Of a stretch of DNA of 64,000 nucleotides, positions 54,701 to 64,000 are shown piece after piece (position 1 is the stretch's first letter; each line of letters starts with the position of its first letter). The stretch is from Cycas panzhihuaensis. Taxonomy: Eukaryota; Plantae; Cycadophyta. Below the pieces are notes generated by a model that searched no databases, was not told the origin of the DNA, and saw only the letters and a list, made by a program, of their open reading frames with translations. The stretch covers positions 205,165,741 through 205,229,740 of the forward strand of contig CM041465.1 in the NCBI GenBank assembly GCA_023213395.1. The letters run 5' to 3'. Both the position numbers and the translations under genes were made by a program.

Positions 54701-55950
54701 AGGATAGGCTTTGGAGATCATTTGAGGAGGTGCAAGGCTTCAAAGAGGAGGTCCAGAGGGTGAAGAGGGTTTTGGATAACTAGTATATTCCGAAGAGGCC
54801 CTCTCTTGATATGCTGATATGGCCCTTAACGTCTAAGGGTTCTTATACGGTCAAAGATGGGTACAACTTGTTGGTTACCAGGGAAGGCTGAACCAGGAAT
54901 GATATGCTGGCTGGAGTCTGGAAGCTGGGGATCCTCCCGAAGATCGCAGCTTTCTGGTGGCTATGTCTGCAGAATAAGATCCTCACCTTGGACAATCTTA
55001 TGAGGAGAGGCATTCAGGTGGTCAATAGGTGTGCGCTTTGTAAAGAGGATGTAGAGACGCTGGATCATCTCTGTATTCACTGCCCCTACTCCATTGGAGT
55101 GTGGAAAGCCATATGGGGTAGGATGGGATTGGTATGGGTTTCCTCTAGAACTCTGAGAGATCAGTGGATAGCCTGGGTCTCCCCATTTAAGAGTAAAACT
55201 TTGACTAGAATTTGGAAGATGATCATGGCGGTCGAATCCTGGATCATATGGAAAGAACGTAACAAGAGAATATTTGAAGGTAAGGAAACAGATAGGGCGG
55301 TCCTGGTGGAGGAAATCGGGAAGAGCATCACGGAAATGCTGTCACCCCCCAAGGAGGATAACTTGGCAAAGGAGGAAGAAGGTATTCTGGAGAATTGGGG
55401 GGTGGGCCTCGTGAATCGGGGGAGAGCGAGGAGGCCAGTAACTAAGTGGTCCCCCCTGGACCTATCCTGGGTCAAAATAAACTTTGATGGCGCGGCTAAA
55501 GGCAACCCTGGTGAGGCAGGGGGGGGAGGTCTCTACAGGGACCACTTGGGAAAGCTAAGGTGGGCTTTTGCGGATTACCTAGGGATTCAATTGAATCAAA
55601 GAGCTGAGATGTGGGCTATGTAGAGGGCGGTTGGTCTTTTAGGCGAGGAAGGCCCCCAGAAGGTAGTCATCGAAGGCGACTCCTTGTATGTGATAAGTTG
55701 TTTAAGGGGGGAAGCAGACCCAGGATGGTACAATATAGATATAGTCAGAGATGTGCAAGAGGAACTGGAAAGAAACAGTGAAGTCCAGATTCAACACATT
55801 TACAGGGAAGGGAATGCGGCAGCTAATTGGTTGGCAAATTGGGCGGTGGCAAACAAGAGAGCTATGGTTTGGAAGGAAGAATTCCCAGCAGAGTTACTAA
55901 GACTGGTGAGGAAAGATGCTTATACTGGAGCAACAGACAGATTAGACTGA
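51742..55950 (+). pseudogene. L1 ORF2 (EEP endonuclease, RT, zf-RVT, RNase H) with in-frame stops
   Basis: LLQETK, GDFN, SRLDR, DH; KAPGPDG, FRPISLCN, DMSKAYDRV, GLRQGDPLSP, HQFVDD; CALC...HLCIHC; KINFDGAAKGNPG, IEGDS, HIYREGN. Confidence 0.96.
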
Positions 55951-57735
55951 GAGTATTTCTCTCTTATTCTAGGCTAGACCATGGGCTTGTCATGGTCAAA
56001 CTGATATGTACTATCTGATGTGATGTATAGGGTTTGGGGACCTAGCTAAAACCCCTTCAATTTAATTGTACCTTATCAAAAAAAGTACCTCAACTTTGAT
56101 CAATTTGAAAATTAGTAAAAACACATTAAAAATTATAAAAAACTATGTCATATCGAAGAGGATTGAGTTAGATTCCCAACAAAACTAAAGGGACTAAATT
56201 CTAATAAAAAACAGTGAAGTTATAGCAGAAATGGTAACATATACCTTTATGGTAGAATGTTAGCAAAATGGTTAAAAACCACTAAAGTGCCACTTTTGGT
56301 GATTAAACTAATGATCAAAATGAATTCTAAAAAATAAAATAAAAGGTGGGTAATGAATTTTATTGAATGTAAATCATTATAGAAAAATTTAGTTAGAAAA
56401 TAGATTTCCGGTAATAAAATATAATCAGTTCAAAAAATGCTTTTGTAAAAAGTTTTAAAAAGGTTCAAAAAATGATTGATTGACTTTAAATCAACTGAAA
56501 CAAGGTCAAATAAGTACCAAATTGGTCATATGATTAGTTAAAATTAATCTACAGAAAATTTATGACATAATGAAATTAGTTTTGTCAGAAACTGATAACT
56601 CAGTGAGGAGTTATGGAAAAAAAAATGCCAGTAACCTTACGTAAAATGAAAAAAAAAGAAAAAAAGAAAAAGGTTTATAAAGATTGTTAGCCCCTTTTTG
56701 AAGTGACTAATGGTCACGTGAGATAATATGTAATCGGGGGCTGAAGATGAAAAGTGCTAAGGACTTTAAACGTCTGGATTTGAAATGTTATTAAATCTAA
56801 TTAAATTTTCATTAAACTTTATAACAAAAAAATAAATATTGAATTACCGTTATAGTGAACAAAGAAGAAACGTGGTGCAGTGGTTAAAATCAGCAATCGA
56901 ATCAAGTGGAATTAATGCTACCAGACCAAATCAAAGAGGAAGGATTAAGTAAGGATTTGAAATATGTAATTTTATATATTAAAAAAAGAAAAAATAATTA
57001 TTAAATATATGCATTAGCCAGTGAAATATAGGCAATCTTTGATAGATTTTCAATGTCTCATTGATTTGAGACTAATTGATTTATTTATTTAAGACTAAAA
57101 TTTTATAAAATAAAAAATATTAAATTGAAATAAAGACTAAAACTGCCACCACCCATTGTCAACATGGCAAAACGATGACAAATCGATAACATCACCAATT
57201 TTTTTAAATATATTTGTTTATTTTAAAAAATATTCTACAATAATTAGCGCAGATCTAAGGTATTTAATGTCTTTGAAAGGTTTCAATATAATAATCTCAT
57301 CTTCAAACTCGGTGCATTAATAATCTACCCTGCTACAGGGCAGTAGATTGTGTATAATGGTTATTAACACAGAGAAATATAACGAAACCGATTATACACT
57401 CTGAAAAATGGCCACGGTGCATTGGGCGATGGTGTTGCTGTTCAGTTTGAACCTGAGGAAAATAATATAGGCTTAAAGGAGGGAGAGATGCAATACATTA
57501 ACAGAGGGCCTCTCATGCTCCCGTATCGCTATCCCGTTTCAAGTTCTCTTTAGATCTATGCTGAATGCAATAGACTTAAGATAGGCAATAAATTATTTTA
57601 GAATCTTGTGGGCACCATAAATATAATGAGGATTTTCCTTTATTGAAGTGGATTTGAAACAGCCTTCAGGTCAATGGTGAGAGGATTCGATTATGTGATA
57701 TATGCACATGAATGTAGGTTGTAACTACGTTAAGC

Positions 57736-57807
57736 CCTTTACTGAAATTTCACTTCTATGACAAAGTTCGAAAAGTTTCCATCTCAGCAATGCCAGAACT
57801 GTTAAGG
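57736..57807 (+). pseudogene. Captured 72-bp fragment of an importin-5 (karyopherin beta-3, KETCH1-like) coding sequence
   Basis: Translates to PLLKFHFYDKVRKVSISAMPELLR. The plant importin-5 motif as I recall it is PLLKFYFH(E/D)EVR(K/R)AAVSAMPEL(L/M)R; differences are mostly single transitions. Confidence 0.75.
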
Positions 57808-58128
57808 TTTTCAAGTATGGAATAGCATATGACCATATAGATAATATCATAGAGCACTTAGATGAACCTGGGGTGGTGAATCGTTAAGCCAAAATTAGTA
57901 TGAGACCCAAAATATAAGCACCATTGCTTTCATATATTTTTTATATTTTCTTATTTACTTATTCCCTCCTTTTAGCACCAAATATTCGAGTGATAATCTA
58001 AAAGGTTCAACAAGCACAAGGGTTGCGAATGAAAAAATCATGTACTCTTTAAACACTCTGAATGTGTTACTGAGTCTCTCTTGATAGCCACCTCTGTATA
58101 CTATAATAGTAAGGCATTACTGATAGCG

Positions 58129-58365
58129 CCTGCAATGCTTTTGTATAAATAGGAATGGTAATAATATAGTGAGGTAATTCCTGACAGCAACAATGTAGCT
58201 CCATCAACAGTATATGGGGCTGAGCATCTTCTTCACCTTTCTGTGAAGCTGCATAAGCTATTGGTCTATGTGAACATGGAGGAGGAAGCCTTGACACAAT
58301 TGCAACAAAAGTTGCTAGATTTTTTTTAAGTTAAAAAAAAAAAACAAAGAAGTTTTTTCTTTTCG
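58129..58365 (+). pseudogene. Captured MRG-domain (MRG1/2, Eaf3/MRG15 family) C-terminal coding fragment
   Basis: PAMLLYK*EW**YSEVIPDSNNVAPSTVYGAEHLLHLSVKLHKLLVYVNMEEEALTQLQQKLLDF..K...QRSFF. The first three stops are CAR>TAR, restoring KQERQQY. PSTVYGAEHLLRLFVKLP is the MRG signature. Confidence 0.9.
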
Positions 58366-59689
58366 AGCTGGAAGGTGTAGTTCCACCAGGGTGTTGCCAA
58401 GAAGAAATGAACAGTGCTGGACTATGATTAGGATTTTGTTTATGCACTTTTCATTACCTGATGTAAATGATTTATTAGAGATTTTTTTTTCTTTGGATAG
58501 ATCCTAATACAGATCATTAAAAAAGTTATGGGTTTGTAAACTTTTTTTAATTCCCATAATAGTTTATGTAAAAGTTGTTGTTATCTTGTGCTAACTTGAG
58601 TTAAAGTATAGATTTGAATCTCTTCAAACATGGATATGTTTATAATTTTTGTTTTATGGCAGTTTGGAATGAGTCAATATTTTAAATTGAACCCTAACTC
58701 TATTTATCAGATAGAGCACCTCAAATGTAAGTGGGGTTTTACTAGTTTATAATAAGTAGATGATGCCCATATGTAGGTAGAATAAATAACATACAACAAG
58801 AAGGGGTTTGTAATACGAATAAACACCCAACAAGGAAAATCAAATGTTTTGAACATAACAGATCTTTGGTATATTAGAGGATCCAATTTGCTGACTAATA
58901 ATGATGGAAACTTGAATCTTATGGGATACCAGATGATGTAAATATATCGATGAGGATAAATTAATAAAATAAGAAGTACATATATTTGTATTCAAAAAAA
59001 AAAATTGTAGTTTATTTTATGAGTTTATTCCAAAAAAAGGAAAAATTTTTAGTTGAAAGAGAATATTTATTAGCAAATATGTCAGCCTATGTACAAAGTA
59101 TTATCTTGAAACTTCAATACTATCTTTATTTGAAGCATTCAAAAGGGGATTTCACAGAAATTTCTTCAAATAATAATAGTAAAAAATACTTAATGGAGGA
59201 ATATACTCATACAACATAGTCACAATATTAAGAAAATTTTCAAATATTTTAAAGAGAATATATCAGAAAAAATGCATATGTATTTGTATTTGAAAATTTT
59301 TAAAATATGTTATACATATATAAAAAAAAAGTGTTTAAATCTAAAAAAATAACTGAAGAACCTGGAAATGTAGTTGTAGTTGATTTCTTCAAGCTTTCAA
59401 ATACATTCTCTAATAGATAGATCTACTGTATGTGCTTCAAAAAATTACATATCTAAAAAAAACTTGACAAATATTACAGATCTGAAATAAATCAACTAGC
59501 AAATGGTGTAATAGTTGCTAAAATAAATAGATCTATAATGAAATATAGTATATCTGAATAAAATATATCAGAAAATAGTGAAAAACTTAATAAAATAAGC
59601 AGATCTAAAAAGAAATATAGTAGATTTTAGAAAACTATGGTAGATCTTAGAGTAAAAATTACAGATCTTGAAGAAAACTTGTATGAATC

Positions 59690-60550
59690 TTATATGCAAC
59701 TGATCTCCTTCATAGATTTATAAAAAATATTAGATAAATAGATAAAAATATACTTGTAAACTATCAAATATGTGATGAAAACTATAGATTTGAAAAAATA
59801 TAACTTAAATATGAGAAAAAACTTAAATAAATATAGCTTGCTGCTAAAATCTGTTGATCTCCTTTGTAGATCTGGAAATATAGCTAAGAATCTGCTAAAA
59901 AATGGTGAAATATATGATATAAAAATGTATATATGAAGAAATATAGTTCAAATCTAAGAAAAATTTAAGTAAATATTGCATGCAGCTACAATCCTATATA
60001 GATATGCAGAAATATAGGATAAATAGATAGAAATCTACTTGAAAAATTCTAAATATTTGATAAAAAAATGTAGATATGAGAAAATATATCATAAATATGA
60101 AGAAAACTTGTATAAATCTTGCATGTAACTGAAAATCCTTCACAAATCTTTGAAATAATGTAGCTTGTAGCTGAAATCTATTGATCTCCTTCGTAGAACT
60201 GGAAATATAGACAAGAATCTGCCAAAAAATAGTGAAACATATGATAAAAAATTATAGATTTAAAGAAATATAGCTCAAATCTAAGAAAAAAACTTGAATA
60301 AATATAGCTTACTACTGAAATCCTTCACAAATCTTTAAAAAAATGTAGCTTATAGCTGAAATCTGCTGATCTCCTTCATAGATATGGAAATATAGATAGG
60401 AATCTGCCAAAAAAATGGTGAAATATATGATAAAAAATATAGATTTAAAGAACTATAGCTCAAATTTGAGAAAACACTTAGATAAATATAACTTGCTACT
60501 GAAATTCTTCACAAATCTTTGAAAAAATATAGTTAGTAGCTAAAATCCTT
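59690..60550. repeat. Degenerate ~185-bp tandem repeats in the 5' leader of copy 2
   Basis: tagctt...ctgaaatct..tgatctcctt..taga...ggaaatatag...gaatctgc units at ~59834, 60161 and 60346. Confidence 0.8.
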
Positions 60551-61266
60551 TATAAATCTACATAAATCTGTGAAAAAAATATGAAATATACTTATTATAT
60601 CATAAATATAACTCAATAATAATTAAATCTGCTGAAATAATATAAAACACTTATTGAAAAAATTTATAGAAAATGAATATAACAAGTATTTTGCTCGTGA
60701 GTAAATCTGCTTCAAAAATGTCAATAAATCTTGTTACTCTTCAAAGAAACTTTAGCAGGCTAGTAATTATCTACTCTGCTACTAAATGAAGGAAAATAAT
60801 GTAGCCCCAAGTAGCTCTGATACCAATTATTGGAAATAGAATATAGCTAAACTATGCTCTGATACAAAATATAGGAAAAATATTACAGGAGAATAGGGCA
60901 GAATATAGAATAATATTTAATAGATCAATAGATCAATACATTCTTGTAGCATAAACACATGAAACTTCTATATTCAATCCATTGTGAGAAGTGAGCATTA
61001 CAAATTTCACAAATAAGGGCAGTGTCTAAAGACATTAAGGTTGTACACCCCTTAATATTTATAATTTTAGGGGAGGAGGGAAACTCCTTAACCCCTGAAA
61101 TTTAAATTAATAATAAAATAATGATAACTTAACTCAAATAAAACTAACTCAAATTAACCTTAACTTACCTACACATGTTGAGTACCCACATGTATAAAAT
61201 GAGGTTGATGATGTGTACAATCATGGTTGGAAGGTGGGAGTGGAGTGATGATGATTAACTCTAATA

Positions 61267-61350
61267 TATATATATATATATGTATATATGTAAATATAGA
61301 TATAGATATATATACATACATGCATCTCTCTCTCTCCCTCTCTTTCTCTT

Positions 61351-61386
<36 letters not shown>

Positions 61387-61455
61387 TACACACACACACA
61401 CACACACACATACACATATATATACATACATATATACATACATACATATATATAT
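61267..61455. repeat. Compound TA/TC/CA microsatellite
   Basis: Directly visible. Confidence 0.95.
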
Positions 61456-61599
61456 TTCTCATGTGTGTTAAAGTTGCAGTGCAAGTGAGGATTTTGAGCA
61501 TCATCTTTATTGAGTGCTCATTCATTAAAGGCTTCTCTACCTGTAACATTTCTATCTCTTCATCAATCTTATGTAATTATAATACAAGTGGTCATTTAA

Positions 61600-63005
61600 T
61601 CACAATAGCTAATCCATGCCATAAAAATATCTTTATTTAACCTTTATTTACGATGCTTATGGTTGATGCATCTAATGTATGGTGGTTTATATAACCCCTT
61701 TGCTAGTCTTTAGATCATTTAATCTTTTGCATGATTTGCCCATAAGTCTGCCTTTATTCTGAGGTGAGTTCCATGCATGCTTTCATAGGGATGATTGCCT
61801 TTCTTTCTAGTTTATTGCATCCCATGTTAAGGTGAGTTTTGACTGCTCTCTTACCCTCGCCAGTGATTTTCCTCTTATGTTTACCCAAGACATCACTTAT
61901 TTTTTATTCCTCTCTATAGCTCTTCACCACAGAGCCTTTCATGTTTTAAGCTTAACTAGTTTCTTTCAAGAGCTATACTTTATTTCATTCGAGTTGATAA
62001 GTAACTCTACTCTACTAACTTCTATCTCTGCTAATGGGCTTTGAATGACAAACCACTTTCATGATGTTATCTTTACATGTGTCTTGTATATGGGGATTCA
62101 TTTCATAACATGTGGCATATAATATTTATTTTTTTATTTAATTATACATATATATTTTTAAATACCCTTTCATTATTTTCATCCTACTAAATAAGTTACA
62201 AAAGAGAGTTCTTTCAATATTAGATTTGAAGGGTTAATACAATCATAATAAACTTTTCTAGCTGTCCAAATTTTTTTCTTTCATGTTTTATAAATGTAAA
62301 TATTTTTTTCAAACCCTTCAAGGATTGTACAGGTAGAAGCAATTAAAAAAAGTGATATTTTTCTTTAGTAAGCTTCATCATTTTTACTTCTCTTCTTTGT
62401 TACTTACTTTTCTCTTCACTTGTAAATAGATTTTTCATCAACATGGAGTCATTTTTTAACCCTGTGGATGGTAAAAAATGCTTCTTCAATTATTGTACAT
62501 GACTCCTCTATAATTTACCCAGTACCATGTAAAGGGTATACTATACATCAACTAAATGTGCTTAAATCTTTAGCTTCAAACACATATTTATAACCTTTAA
62601 CAACAAAACTTGCATGCTAAAAATTGGGTTGGCATGTACTAATAATTAGATCATAAGTAAAAAAAAAACTCTTATTTTTGCCATTAATTTATCTTACATA
62701 TAGCCTCAAAAATTAGGAATAAATCAACCTCAAATATATCAAAATATGACAGTCAATTAGCCCCTAAATACTCAATAAGCTTGTAATAAAATAACCCTTT
62801 AGAAAATTATCTTTGTGCTTATGGAAATGATCCCAAGTATCTTTAAAAGTAGTATTATGATAGGTCAAAATAGGCATTAATAATGGTTCCAATAATATGA
62901 CAAATCTATAATAAAAATAGCTTTGAAAATAACAAATAATAGGCTTAAAATTTATTCTCCCAAGGATCTCTCCATTAGTTATGATACCATATATTAGAAA
63001 TAAAT
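61600..63005 (-). pseudogene. Decayed stand-alone retroviral-type DDE integrase/transposase (possibly Ginger-like)
   Basis: 62649-62425 translates LIISTCQPNF*HASFVVKGYKYVFEAKDLSTFS*CIVYPL...IEEAF...VKK*LHVD. Downstream reads KINIICHML*NESPY; upstream is His-rich YHNTT...DHFH. No RT or RH upstream. Limits approximate. Confidence 0.5.
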
Positions 63006-63353
63006 TTGTGGATAAATAAGAGATCAAAGAAGGATAGGAATGAAATCAACAAAGATGAAATATAAACATAAGAAAGAACATAAAATTGGTAGAAGAATGA
63101 TTACCCTTCAAAAAATTAAGTTGAATGTATATACATATTTATAAGACCACTTGACCTCTTGTCCAACCAATAGAGTGCATAACCCCTATGTCCACCAATG
63201 GGATAATACATGGATATTTAAGCATAGACATGCATCTTAAAATACTCATAATATTATATTGAGAGAGTGGGGGGACTCAACTTGGCTCATACATAGCTAT
63301 AATATATAATTAGACATTACACCCAATAAGTAAGACATACCTTATTCTATATT

Positions 63354-64000
<647 letters not shown>

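Larger units (their letters stand above)
49734..56082 (+). mobile_element. Near-full-length plant L1-clade LINE with RNase H
   Basis: Exact 18-bp TSD aagtacctcaactttgat (49716-49733 and 56083-56100); 3' end CCTTATCAAAAA; complete ORF1/ORF2 domain order. Confidence 0.97.
47870..61266 (-). mobile_element. Non-autonomous copia-derived LTR element, copy 2 (~7 kb without the nested L1), carrying host gene fragments
   Basis: LTRs at 47870-48259 and 60828-61266 (roughly 90% alike by eye); Met-tRNA PBS TGGTATCAGAGC at 60825-60814; PPT 48273-48260; no RT or INT. Confidence 0.88.

Noticed and set aside
49598-55505. Minus-strand ORFs over the L1 (e.g. 49598-50224, 53892-54428)
   Set aside because: Shadow frames of GC-rich LINE sequence with no recognisable motifs.
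56872-56888. gtggtgcagtggttaa resembles a tRNA A-box
   Set aside because: No B-box or cloverleaf follows.
57388-57440. NRLYTLKNGHGALGDG resembles an RCC1 repeat; GALIIYPATG (57311) resembles a deaminase strand
   Set aside because: Matches are too short and loose to name; left as unidentified cargo.

Overview
This is plant nuclear DNA, AT-rich with strong CG/CHG depletion and C>T/G>A decay. That pattern suggests a large, heavily methylated genome such as a gymnosperm (inference). I see no intact host gene, RNA gene or CRISPR array. The window is a pile of nested retroelements. (1) Two copies of a pol-less Ty1/copia-derived family: 1-~2850 (partial) and 47870-61266 (both LTRs). (2) A Tat-type Ty3/gypsy remnant (2855-10736) with a post-integrase RNase H and a spliced antisense plant-mobile-domain gene. 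(3) An old minus-strand L1 (15728-23214). (4) A three-level nest: chromovirus > chromovirus > deleted copia (27.4-45 kb). (5) Further copia pieces and a solo LTR. (6) A near-full-length L1 with an exact 18-bp TSD (49734-56082). (7) A stand-alone DDE-integrase remnant (~61.6-63.0 kb). (8) Large TA/CA microsatellites. The best candidate for an undescribed system is the copia-derived family. Next to a block conserved between its two copies it carries a variable cargo slot. In copy 2 this slot is a patchwork of short host coding fragments, antisense to the element. Two are recognisable: importin-5/KETCH1-like and the MRG domain. All identifications are by eye from translated motifs; no searches were run.
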